Of a DNA stretch of 64,000 bases, positions 50,900-63,800 are shown one piece after another. The notes beneath the pieces were generated by a model. The model saw nothing but the letters and a program-made list of their open reading frames with translations. It was not told the origin of the DNA and did no database searches. Location of the stretch: NCBI GenBank assembly GCA_973895155.1, contig OZ316898.1:8853079-8917078 (forward strand). The letters are read 5' to 3'. Made by a program: the position numbers and the translations under genes. Within the stretch, counting starts at the first letter, position 1; every line of letters begins with the position of its first letter. The stretch is from Marsupella aquatica (lineage: Eukaryota; Plantae; Marchantiophyta).

Positions 50900-53200
50900 G
50901 ATTTGGCACATTTGATCCTAAAGTTGGAAGATGGAGTCAATATACTATGACTCGTGGAAATTTATTGTCTCAACCTGTCTTCAATCATCTGGCTCTTGGA
51001 AGTTTATTGATGGGATTGCTACTCCACATGTCAAGGATGATTATTAGTTTATAGCTAGGCTTGATGCTTTCAATGCTCAAACATTTTTGGCATGTATGTC
51101 CAGACGCCTCAATCTCACACATTTGCTTGCTGCAAATGGATGCTGGGAGAAGATGCAGCAACAGTTTGAACCATGCAAATTTATCAAGAAGCATGAATAT
51201 TGGAAGCATTATGTCAAGGAGAGGAGATGGAGGCATTTATTGGTTGCTACTTGGATGCAGTTGATGTATCACTGCAAATCATGCAATTCCTGTTCACTCT
51301 CAATCTACATCAAAGTTTTCAACACTAGGCAGCAAACATTTGTAACCAAATGCATTGTGATAAGTAAGTTAAACACACTGTCTCTAGACATTGTTCTTTA
51401 GGAAGCTAAGGACAAAATTGAGTGGGAGGCAACAGGACCGAGAGCCAACACTGCTTTGAATCACCTTAATGTGGCTCAATCAAACATGATCTTGGTTATG
51501 TTCATGCAAGCTCGCCCTTCTATGAACACTCAGAAGTGTTCTTATTGAACTTGCCGCTTCTCGAATCACTTGGAGCAGAAATGTTCTTACATTCAAGCAC
51601 CTCAATCTTTGTCGTTCTAGGTGGCAACCTAACACCATTGTTATGTAGAGGAGTCATGAGCGTCTAAAAGGCACATTGCAAGTTCAAGCATTGATCTATC
51701 ACTAATCAGTCATTGACATTAATTGAATTGTCCACATCTGGATGTGTTTACCTTTGCTCAATTTTCTCACCAAGTACACTCAGATGCTGTTGATCGTTTG
51801 ACTAAACATACATGGATTGAGATTGCTTGGCTCATCATCATTTATGTTGACAATCCACTCATGATCAATACTGAAGAAGGATTGGTTATCGTACATGGCT
51901 TTAGACTGATGTCAATTTTTCACTTCTTGCCATTGATAAATGAATTTGCCCATCTATTTTGCATAAATAGAGTTAAGTTACAATCATGCCAACTAGTAAC
52001 TATGCTTACTACCATGTACAAACACTTGTTAGAGCTGCTAGTTGTATACTGTCATGGATGGCAGTCCAGATTAAATTTATAGTTCAAAATAGTGGGGAGG
52101 AGTTTGCTACTGCGCACAGACTTGATAGCCTAATATTTAACGGGCTAGTTAAAAGTACCTATTATTTTACCAAAGTTGTCACCAATTTATCAAGTAGCTG
52201 CAATTGAAATTGGTCTATTACTCTCAATACCCTAATTAATTCATCGGTTTGCACAATTATATATAGAAGGATTGAGACATTTAATTAAGGAGAAAGCCAG
52301 GGGTGGTAGTTAGACACATATCTTACCAGCACCTACCTATGCATAGCTTTAGTGCTAGCCAAATCCATGCATGTCATTTTCCAAGAGTTTCACACTCCAG
52401 TCTCTAGCCCATTTGAGCTGCACTTATATATTGATCTACACTGTTCATCACCGTAATTAGTGTTATGCAAGAATTAGTGTTAGTGCAAAATTAGTGTTAC
52501 TAACACTAATTTTGGTAAAAATGATTTTGAGTCCAAGTAACACTAATTTTTGTCGGTTTTCAAAATGAAATTTTTTCAGTTTAGTTTAAATTGCTTGTAA
52601 AAAATGGATGATCTCTAGTCCAAAGTAACACTAATTGTTGTGGATTTTTTTAAATAATTTTTTTCTTTGTATTTTGCCACTTTTAAGACCATAGTAACAC
52701 TAATTCATGTGCGCGAAAATAGTGTTAGCACAAAATTAGTGTGACTAACACTAATTCGCGAGTAGACCCTGAAAATGGGCGCTCTCGAATTAGTGTTACT
52801 CACACTAATTACGGTGAACAGTGTAGTTGCATGGTCCGATTGCATCCAAGATTGGTCAAGTTCTTAAGATATATGGTCCCAACATTTTTTTGCTGCCATT
52901 GAAAACTAGTAGCCTCTACAGATCTTGAAATGCTATTGTAATAATGACACCAAGTTTGGAAGCCGTATCTTTCAACAATTCTTGGCAGAAAATCAAGGTT
53001 TGCCAGATTGTTCACTCAAAGCCTTATCACCAGACTCAGATGACATTGCTAAGCAAACAAATATAGCATCATTAACTGAAAAAGCATGTGCAATGCTTTT
53101 AGACTCTAAGCTTCCTACTTACATATGGTCCACTGGATGACCCAAGGATGTTGCTGATGCATTATACATCACGAACCAATCCCTGACAAGTGCGCTGGAA
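50900..53200 (+). mobile_element. Decayed Ty1/Copia retrotransposon (gag and integrase remnants), interrupted by a MITE
   Basis: Gag-like YDSWKFIVSTCLQSSGSWKFIDG...CWEKMQQQFEP at about 50940-51180. Integrase-like PFEL..ID|..GP spans the MITE, and ILKCYCNNDTKFGSRIFQQFLAEN...SLTEKACAMLLDSKLPTYIW...ALYITNQSLTSAL lies at about 52920-53195. Multiple stops and frameshifts. Confidence 0.72.
52439..52823. mobile_element. MITE family A, copy 2 (CACTG...CAGTG ends, TA flanks)
   Basis: TA|cactgttca(tca)ccgtaattagtg...cactaattacggtgaacagtg|TA, homologous to 22798-23214. Confidence 0.87.
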
Positions 53201-56200
53201 TCCTTATTTTGCTACTACCTCTCATTTTCAGTCTCTGCTCATTGCTTAATTAGTTTGCAGCTTTGTCTTCAGTACACATAATATGTAAGTCACTTGAAAG
53301 TATATGGTGCACTCATTCTTCTTCTCCGGTGCTCGTTCAAAACTGGGTCTGTTTCAGGTGTTGGTATTGGGGCAATGACATATTTAGTGTAAATTACATG
53401 TCATTGTTGCTCAGCTGTGGTTTTCTCCTGTAGTCATTTAACTGTTGTGACGAGTTAAATGACTAATGGGACGAGGGATGAGCCCATTCTTGAATTGATA
53501 TTAACACTTTCATGACTATCACATGCATGGTTGCAGTGACATTGGTGCATTGTATATTAGGATTAGCTTGCAAGCAATATTCCATGTTTGAGTGACTCCG
53601 GAAAATCACTTAGAGTAAAATCCTTAAAACACGTTAAAATAATCAATAAAACTGAAAAAATAATTTTAAAAGTAAATTCAGTTGAAAAAACCCTTTGTAC
53701 CTGTTCTTGGGGGTTTCACTTCCATAAAATTTCTACATCAAGTGCGTCTAAATATAGAGTCATTTTATTGGTTCCAAAGGAATACTTAAAAATATTCTTA
53801 GAAGAACAATAAGATCTTTTGAATCAATTTTTTTGGAATATTCCAACTTAAAGGAGTTAAAAACATTTAGGGAGTTTGAGGCCTAAAAACATCGCAGGTG
53901 ATGGGACTGAGGGCTCAATATAGTCAGACCCCTGAGTACCATTTAATATACAACTTTGACAAATTTTTAAATATCTTGCTGAATACAAAATTTAATATTT
54001 TTATCATAATTGGATTTTTAAATGCCTTTGGTATAAGTTATTTTTATCATACTTATTAATTTGACTATATTAAAAATAACCTTATTTGTTTGCAACCCAT
54101 TCTAATAATCTAACGAGTGATTCACTAGGGGAATGATTTGCTTTCAATTCCCATTCATTAATAAATGACATGATTGGTTCAAAGGAAAATATGTAAATCC
54201 CAGGGATTTATTTGTATTGGTGATACTTTTTGCATAATTAGACCCTAGATAGTTACCATAACATCAAAAGCTATAATACAAGGTTGCATCTTTTTATAGT
54301 GTGATTGTTATATTTATAGTTTGTAGTGCTCCAAAATGAAAAAATCTAGCCAAAGAGAAGGAATAAAACAAAAAAGGAATTTATTTAGTGTGAATGAAAG
54401 AGGAGTGCATTATTTCCAAGCAAAAAGGGATCCAATAGGACAAAAAAAGGGAAAGAGGAAGGGCCTAAGGAATGGAGAGGATCAAGGAGACTTCCCTTTA
54501 CTATCCATGTATAGGAAATGGTACATACTCAATACTCTCAGCATGATAGTCATATACAATAATGACAAAAGTTGAATTGGAGGTATTAGATAGTAAATAT
54601 AGTATTGCATAGTATAATAATGAGAAAAATATTGGGGAGACCAAAACGTTCTTTAAAAGGGGAACAAGGGGGGTAGAGGTTTAAGAGGATTAAAACAAGG
54701 TAGTAAAAAAAAACCTTCTCATTTTATCAAAATTTTGTTGTTACCATAGACTGTAATTTGTGCAATGATATCTTTAACTCAACAATATTTTTTAAGCAAT
54801 GAATTGTTTTAATTAACACAACTGTTTAGTCAAGGATGTTTTTTGCAACACAATAAATTTGTCACATTTTTGTGTGACTATAAATTTAAACATCCCTAGC
54901 ATAAGAATCTATTTCACTTAACAATATCTTTTATTTAACAATAATATCTATCTTTTGCTGCTGCTATATTGCATAACAGCATCTTTTATTTCACGACACC
55001 TTCAATATATATCGGGTATTGAACTTGTTCATTGATGATACCGTGGCCGACAGGCTCGACCTCTCGCTTCGATCGTCCTACGTTTGGCTTTCGGGGCTGC
55101 CGAATGACGCTCTCAATTTGTTGGCGCATGCGTTTGACTGATACACTTCGGAGACGGTATTCAACGACAGTCGAACGAACTAAAACAAAGCTCAAATCTC
55201 AAAATATCGAGGGCACCGGGCCAGTCCAGGACTTTCTGCATCAGACTGCTTCCCAAGTGCAGCTTAGATCGACGGCGGTTGTGTTTTTCTTCAATATCGA
55301 GGGAAGTATTACCTTCGACGATCTTTTTCGTAAATGATGATCTCCATCACAGAAAGACTGTTACAGGAGTAAATAACTCCAAGTAAGCTGTTACCACTCG
55401 TAATCATCTGATCGAAGGCACTGCATGTTCCACACCTTCGTTCAGTGTATTCTGAATTTCTGACTAGGATACGAGTTCATATGACCGTGAGGAGCGTGCT
55501 ATTGCTGCAGAATATGAAAGATGATGGTTGAAGGCTCTAGAGTTGGGACTTAGTTGTGGCAGATTGGTACAGAATGATTATTTTCCCAGATTCAAGCTAG
55601 CCCCTGTCGAAAGTTAGAAGTCGTTAATGTTCTTCATTGAATGACTCTGTCAGCAAACGTCGCTGAATTCAAGCCCACTCCGATTGTACAGCAGCTCGAG
55701 CCTTGCTCATTGATTCAATATTATAGACCTTCAGTAACTTACCGCAGTCTCGAAGGAACATTGTTCGGTTGGGGGTCAGCCGTGGGCACTCCTCGGGGGG
55801 CACTCTTGCGATCAATGATCGGGTCGACCTCGTATTCCCAGCTGGTGAGAGTACCATCTCTCCTTAATGAGTATGGTAAAGCCCTGAGGATTTTCCCCTA
55901 AGCGTTAAGCACAGTGAAATTGTATGGGCAAATGGGCCCACAGTCCTAAATTCTTCGATCCCTCAATTAACAGGGTTATGAATTCCCAAGCAAAGAATCT
56001 ATTGTCCAAAAAGAATGATCCTAGCTTAGTTCTGCGTTACGTGAATTACCTAGACTATTCTGTGAGCGGTTGGTGTGAGCGGTTGGGTTGGAGTAACAGT
56101 GGACATTTGAGAGCTACAGATTTCCCTCTTTGGGCCCAAAACTTTTGTACCAAACCTTTTGTTGTCGATCATATATATCTGAGTCCTATTGAGTTATCGT

Positions 56201-56957
56201 GTGAATGAGCAGGCTCGTTAATTGTAGGAGACGTAATGGACGGCAAATGCAAGCAACCCTGATCGCTCGAAGCCAGCCACGGTGTAGAGCTACGAATCAC
56301 AGCTTGGAAGCAATTGCTAGCCGCACGTCCTTGCCGCTCGACTTGCCGTCCATTAGGTCCGTACGTATATATATTTCTGCGTATTGACATAACGTAGTCA
56401 ATAAAAAGGAAACATTCTGAAGTCTGTTACACGTTTGACCAAACAAGGTGTCGATCGCATGCGTGGTGCATAATGAGACACAGGGCTGACATATACCACT
56501 TAGGTTCGTAGCTTAGATTCGGTCGATTTAATCGGTTTTTTGTCAATAAGTCGTCTTGCCCGCCTGCCCAATTTACTGGACTTAATTACTGACTCTCACG
56601 ACGCCCCAGTAATCACGGCCAGTCCGGGCCGGCCAGGTAAACTTACTAGTACTGTCGAAGTGTCGAAAGTAGGGGTGCATGCCGGCAAGACCTGGTCCCC
56701 TACAAAACCTTGGCACTGCGCCCGAGCTTGCAAAAATGTGGCGGGCATTACGATAAGATGATTTTTTCTCTGCTTCATGGGATTATCATTTCGGGGAATA
56801 CACTTCAAAAAACCATAGTGTTCGAGTTAAAGACAGCGCAGGATTGGAAAGGGCAGGAGGAAGCTCCCCAAGGAGGAAGGAACCAGGTCATTTCTTGTAG
56901 CTAAACGACAGTGAGGTGATCACGCTGCGTCAATGTCTGCTAAGTTTAGCTTTCTTG

Positions 56958-57307
56958 CAAGCTTTGATCATGCTCCAGGAGAATCATGCCTAGGATAGAT
57001 TCCCAAACCTCGAGAATCATGCCTAGAATAGATTTAGCCACTGTTACTCTAGATCAAAGGCAAGCTTTGATGATGCTCCAGGTAGAGAACCATTCAATGC
57101 GTAGTACTAGAGACTCTCCAACTCAAGAAATCAGCAAGTTAAACGTTTCTGATCGAAGCCTGCAGAGCCACCGTTGCTCTAGAACTTAAGTCGCTACTCA
57201 TTTCCATCAGAACGCAAGCTTTGATCATGGTAATTGAGGTACGTGAAATTCCTAGTACTAGAGAATCTCCAACTCAAGCAAGCAGGTTGAACGTTTCCAC
57301 CGAGCCA
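56958..57307. repeat. Diverged direct repeats upstream of the LIN-like ATG (probably in a 5'UTR intron)
   Basis: caagctttgat.atg at about 56958, 57061 and 57216; tagtactagaga.tctccaactcaag twice; gagaatcatgcctag.atagatt twice. Confidence 0.7.
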
Positions 57308-57807
57308 CTGTTCGTTGCTGTATAACTGCCATCACAATTCAGTTCAATCCAAATTCGATAGCTGGACTCAGTCTAGAACATGGACCGGGATCGAGATTAA
57401 TGTGATTATCAAGCGTTGTGATGTCAAATCGATCCGTCTTGCCGCAGCTGCGTACGCCTGGCTTCGTCTGACGGCATCCAAGACGATGACAATCTGCTAG
57501 CTGGAGGTTCAGAATCTGAGTCACGACAGTTCTCTCAGTTCTTACGGCTGAGAGAAGAAAAATTCTGATGCTCGGAGCCGACCTGCTATGTCGGCAAGTG
57601 AATGGTTCAATGTTGATGAATAATACATCACAATCTGCTTGAGGCTGGCCCGGAAGAAGAGGAAAATTGAAGAATATCAGCTGCAGCAGAGATTTAAGTC
57701 CCAAGTGAGTCAGCACGTTTGAAATCCAGCAGACCGCCGCCTGGAATTGGAGCCCGTTCAGCCCGACTAGACGGCAATGCTTCACAATTCGTAGTGTTAT
57801 TGCAAAG

Positions 57808-60800
57808 ATGACTCGACCAATAATTTTTCCAGCTCTGGACACGGCGGCGGTGGAGGCCATGGTGTCCATGGTAGGGACTTACGCTCTGGACGCCCTCCGT
57901 GACAGTGAGTTGAGAGCTCAGCACAAACAAAAATGCGCAGAAAGATTGAAGATGAGTGTCGCCCGGTCGCGAACCGTATCATACTCGGATCAAGCAGTTC
58001 TAGCCAATTTAGGCTGGGGTATCGATTCTCTGGGAGAAGCAATCACAACGAACAACGATGAAACTAAGGTCGCCCGACTGGACCACGCCGAGAAAATGCT
58101 CCAGGTCTGCGCATTACTCGACAACCGAGCTGCCACGGGAGGCGTCTCGAATTCTTACCTCTCTGCCTGGGCGCACTTCAACCTCGCCTTCGTCTGGAAG
58201 CTCCGCGACGATGACCGCAAAGCTGCGAACCACATCCTGGAGATGTTTCTCGCGGATCCATTCTTCAGTCGTGTAGATTTTGCCCCGGCGCTTTGGGAGC
58301 ACATCTTCCTCCCCCACCTGTCTAACATTGTGAATTGGTATACCAAGCAGCGGAAAAGCGTTGTGGTCTCGGGAACGGTGAGAAAAATGAGCGAAGAACA
58401 AGAGATGTCGTCGTTCGATGTATCCAAAGACTTTACGTCCCATTCCGCCAAAGTACTGCAGCCGAAGCTGTCTGCAGGTCAAACATCTCAGCTGGAGGCC
58501 TTGGAGAACCTCTTCCAGGAGACTTTGGATGAGAATACGAGACAGTATGCGAGGTATTACGCGGACTGGCTGAGTTCTGATTTGGAGAACAACAAGGGAA
58601 TGCCACTCATGCCAATTCCTGAGGCCCCTATGACCCCCATTGGTGAACCTTGGGTGCCTTCACCTACAGAAGAAGTGCCTTCCTCAGCTGGGATAACAAT
58701 GCCTGTGACCGAGCCGATCCTGCTTGAAGAGGTGACTAGGTCGTCGATGCCTTTGTCTAGAAATTCGGACTCGGCCCTCCCACCTCTGCAAGAATTCAAA
58801 AATTACGGCAACCCGGAGTTTGTTGAGCTGCCCGAGTAAGTGTTATTGCCCTGCAAATGCTTGTGAGTTGTGTAGTACGCAACTCAACTTGAATCCCATC
58901 CCATGCATCGTTATCCTGTGGTATATGTTGAACTGTATCTCTAAGGTCTCTGTCTTGCTACCGTCAAATGGATTCCCATTCCTTTGTCTTTCTTGGTTTA
59001 ATTACAATACCCCGATTGAATTGTAATCTCTCTATCAATATGATAGAAGAATGTTGAAGGTTCTTGCTCTCATTCGGGTTCTACGGAAGTCATCCTGCAT
59101 GTCCAGCAAACCCAGCAGCACCAAACAGGAAACTCGAACTGGAATTCAGTGACTATAGTTCAGTTGTTAATTAATACGAAGGGAATTGATGTTGTCGCAA
59201 AAGGATGTCGATCAAATGATTGTTCGACGGTCAATCTTTCTCATGATAACATGATTGACATGGTAGCAGGCTTCCCACCGTAATCGCCGGCCATGGTCAG
59301 CTGGACGACGACCCGGATTCTCCACACTCCAACTTCAGAAAGGTACTACTGTACTTACCGTCGAATGTCTTATAGATCTCCAAGTTACCTACGCCGGTCA
59401 CATTGAGGTCCATCTATGATATAGAGTACCGCAACTTACGGAGTCGTTGTTGAGGAGCATTGTATTGTATTGCATTGCATGTTTTGACGCACTTTCTAAT
59501 TTGTGTTCGTCATGTAGCCCGGCTGGGAGCATCAAGAACTAGAGCCCACCTCCTCGTCCAATCGGCAGTCCAAGTCCGTTGAGGACATTTTAATCCGGGC
59601 CAGTACCGATCAAAACACTCCATCAAGCCCAAAGCTTTCAAGAAGCACAGCCGACAGTCAGTCAGGTTTAGAGCGCTCGTTCGGATTAAGCGCTCCAACC
59701 CAACCATCAATTCTCAATTCCGATGAAATTAGAGCAGTTCCCAAATCCGAAGAAATTCGATCAGTTGTTGACTTCGGAGAAATCAAATCAATTCTTCAAG
59801 ACTTCGAGGAGATTAAATCAGTTTCCAATTCCGGAGAACTTAGAGCAGTTCCCAACTCCGGAGAAATTCGATCAGTTGTTGACTTCGGAGGAATCAAATC
59901 AATTCTTCAAGACTTCGAGGACATTAAATCAGTTTCCAATTCCGGAGAACTTAGAGCAGTTCCCAACTCAGGAGAAATTCGATCAGTTGTTGACTTCGGA
60001 GAAATCAAATCAATTCTTCAAGACTTCGAGGACATTAAATCAGTTTCGAATTCCGGAGAAATTAGATCAGTTCACAACTCCGGAGAAACTAGATCAGTTG
60101 TTGACTTCGGAGAAATCAAATCTGTTCTTCAAGACTTCGAGGACATTAAATCAGTTTCCAATTCCGGAGAAATTAGATCAGATCACAACTCCGGAGAAAC
60201 TAGATCAGTTCACAACTCCGGAGAAATTAGATCAGCTCACGCCTACGAAGAAATTCGATCAGTTCCCAACTCCGGAGAAATTCGATCAGTCCCAAACTCC
60301 GGAGAAATCAGGACCGATTCTGGCTCGGAGACGCAAGGTGATTCACTTGCAATGAAGGTGCCGCGTAAAAACAGATCATTTCGGCAGCAGCCTAACGCAC
60401 TTGATTATTATCCTGCCGGAGCCGACCGCATTCCAACGACAGTCAACAGAAAGCTCTCAGAGTTGAGAGACAGTTCTTCATCACCCACGATGAGTCATGA
60501 CAGTCCTCGAGGCCGGACGGGTGCGAGAGCTTCTAAACCAAATTATTCGTCCAGCTCACGATATAGTAGTGATTCGGAGTCTAAGGACAGAAAATTGGAC
60601 AGTATGGGGGCCGCGTCGCAGCCTGGCTACGAGGAATTTGTCTTGGACCTGACCCGCCGTAGTGCAAGGCTGCAGGAGACCGAAGGATTCAACCAGAGCA
60701 GCAATGATTCTAGCGATGATTATTGCAGTGACTCCGAAGCTTCAGGGGACACCCAAATCCAGGTACTCAATCTAAGCGTTGAATCCACACCCACAAATGT

Positions 60801-63800
60801 AAATTTGGGTGAACGGTTGAGACCTAGCAGACTCTGACGCTCAAGAATTTGGAATGGCTGAAACTCGCTATACGATTATAATAAATCACACGGCTTGCTG
60901 AATTGAATGTGAACAACAGGATTCAACACTGGTGCCAGGGCAGAACAGCTTCAGAGAGTCATGGGCGACTGGAAAAGCTTCATTCACTCCCAGTCGATTC
61001 CTCTCCAAATACAGGGGTTCTCCAGGATCGACCCTAAGTTCGAAGTGGTACCAGAGTGATAACGATGAGCGAATTGTACCTCGTTCCGGAGAATTCCTCA
61101 GGAGGGCTTCCGAACGGTACCGAGATGATGACGATGAACCAATCGTAGCTCGCTCCGGACCATTGCTAGGGAGGGGTTCCCACAGATACCAGAATGGGGA
61201 CGATGAACCAATTGTAACTCGGTCCGGACCATTGCTAAGTAATGGATCCGTCGACAGGTGACATCTCTTCTCAACTTTAGAGCCAGCACGGAAGTCATTT
61301 TTATTATGTTTTTGAAGTCATCCCAGTACCTCTATTTATGTCTAGTACCTCGGCGCACTGCATGAAGAGTATTCAATCACGAAAGTGAGACTACAAATCC
61401 TCATCCGCTGGATCTGAAGAAGGATGTACCCACTTTGCTTTCGAGACTATTTAAACCGGCCCTTGAATGTGCAGTGGATCACAGAGAGACCAGAGAAGCA
61501 GCCCCAGATACCGGAGGAGTGAATCACTGGGATCAACCAGGAACTCGACTATGGCCACACCGTTGACGAGGCTTCCGAAAGACTTCGTATGCCCCATCAC
61601 AGGGCAGCTCTTCAACGATCCAGTCAGTTTAGAAACGGGACAAACGTACGAGCGTGTAGCAATCCAAGAGCGGCTCAACAGCGGTAATGTAACATGCCCC
61701 ATCACTAGCCAAATGTTGAGCGAAAATGAATTGCCAAAGACTAACTACCTTTTAAAGAGACTAGTGGATGCCTGGAAAGAGCAATATCCGGAACTGGTAA
61801 AGGAATTTGGTTCATCTCCAGTAATGCCCAGTGGTGCAGCTGCAACCGTTAAGCCAAGCAGTGAATTCACAGAAAAGTCTGCCGCTTCTAATCCTTACAC
61901 AGACAGCCCCGGCTCAAGAAGGAGAAGCAGCCCTTCGAGCAGAAGAATATCTACCAGCAACAATGTCAGTGACTTAAGTAGGGCCGACAGCCCAATCGAT
62001 GTAGATGGACTCATTATGGATCTCCAACCCGCCATGAGCTCCCTTTGTACGTCAGAGAATTTAGCTGAGTGTGAGAATTTAATTGTGGACATAGCAAGGC
62101 TCATCCTCCAGGCCCGAGGGGACCAACGATTGGTTTCTATTCTCAACAAAACTGGTGCCATTACTGGGATGATGGAACTCCTCTTCAATTCTCACGAAGC
62201 GAGGGTTTTGGATGCTACCCTATTCATATTATCGGTAGTAATAGCCACAGATGACACTGCGAGACAAGCAGTGGTCAGTGCTGATCCAGACGCCGGGTGT
62301 TTGGTTGGGCTTTTGAGGAAGGGATTGAGTTCATCAGCGTCGGTACTGTACCAGCTCAAGCTTCCTAAGGACCAGCTAGCAGCACTAGATTTATTCCCAC
62401 TTCTCGTAGTGATGATCAAGGAAAATGAAGAAATTGAAGGAGTTGATGCTTGGAATGAGCAACAGGAGATCCATTCAATGATGATGAGGCCAAAGTCTGC
62501 AGCGATCGTGCTACTGGATCAGATTTTAACGGGAGGGGATCCAATCACTTTTTCACAAAATTCTCAAGCGATACTGGCACTACAAGCTATACCAGCTCTG
62601 GTCACTAGCTTGGACCAGACCAAGGACATTGAGGTGCGAACGAGTGCGATTTCTCTCTTACTATGCTGCATACAGTCTGATGGGCGGATCAGGAACAAAA
62701 TTGCCAAGAAAACAAACCTTGCTACAGTTGTGGATCTTCTGCATAGTGGAAGCAACAGAGCTAGGACGGTTGCCATCACCTTTCTCAACGAATTGGTGCA
62801 TCTAAGCAGGTCAGTACTAGTTCAGCTTGTCAGTTTTTAATTCTGTCAAACCAAGCGTCCAGATTTAAAGATTTCAAACCATAACTCTGATCAACAGGCT
62901 ATATTTATGATTTCTCTGGTTTGGATTACTGGAGAGGGTTGTGTGGCCTACATGTCTGGGACGTCCACTGAAACTTAGAAAGCCAAAGTGTTCTACCTTC
63001 GTTTTAAACAACAGTGATCATGAAGGCCATCATTTTATGTATTAGTCAGATTTGGCGAAGGAACTTAGCTGATTCTACTTTTGATTTTGCAGGAGAACAC
63101 TGTGTACAGACGTTTTAAAACGATTGAAGGCGGAAGGAAGTCTAAGCAGCATGCACGGCTTGTTGGTATATTTGCAAATGGCTCCGCTAGAGCACAGGCC
63201 TGTGGCTGCAAGTCTCCTTCTTCAGCTTGATCTCCTCGTGAGTAAAGCTAATCCACTGAGAAATTCTTTTTGCTGTAGTACCTACTTTGAATTGGAGCCA
63301 ATCTTGTCATGATGGTAAGCACCTGTAGAGATTCAATTCAAGGGCCAATTAGAGTTTAGTGTTTAAGCCCACCTGAAGGTGATGTAACTGTCCAATATGG
63401 ATGTCCCTTCTGACCGATCAGAATTCGCAGCAAAACCAGAATTGGTCCCAGGTTTCTGGTTTGAGGTAACAATAAAAGGCATTACTGCAGGAATCAGAAT
63501 CCTCGAACTAAACATAGCGCCAGTTTTGGTCAATGGATCAGAAATGCAGGGGCTTCAATCCCCGTTGGAAGACGCTTCACATCCGCTTGATTTTTCTCAC
63601 ACTGATAACCATGGGTTTCGGTGCCCACTGAGACAGTAATAAGTTCTTGGCTGGCTCTTGTTTATGGCATGTAGCAAGAACCTCGTAAGGGGAGTATATA
63701 TCGAGAAGAAGCGGTGGACTCTCTGGTGAAAGCTCTGAAAAGCACCGACTGGCCTTGTCCTGCGGAAGCGGCGAACACGCTGATTGCTTTAGGCGGTCGT

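Noticed and set aside
59725-60312. CRISPR-like array
   Set aside because: The units are contiguous with no unique spacers, lie in frame within a eukaryotic exon, and have no cas genes nearby.
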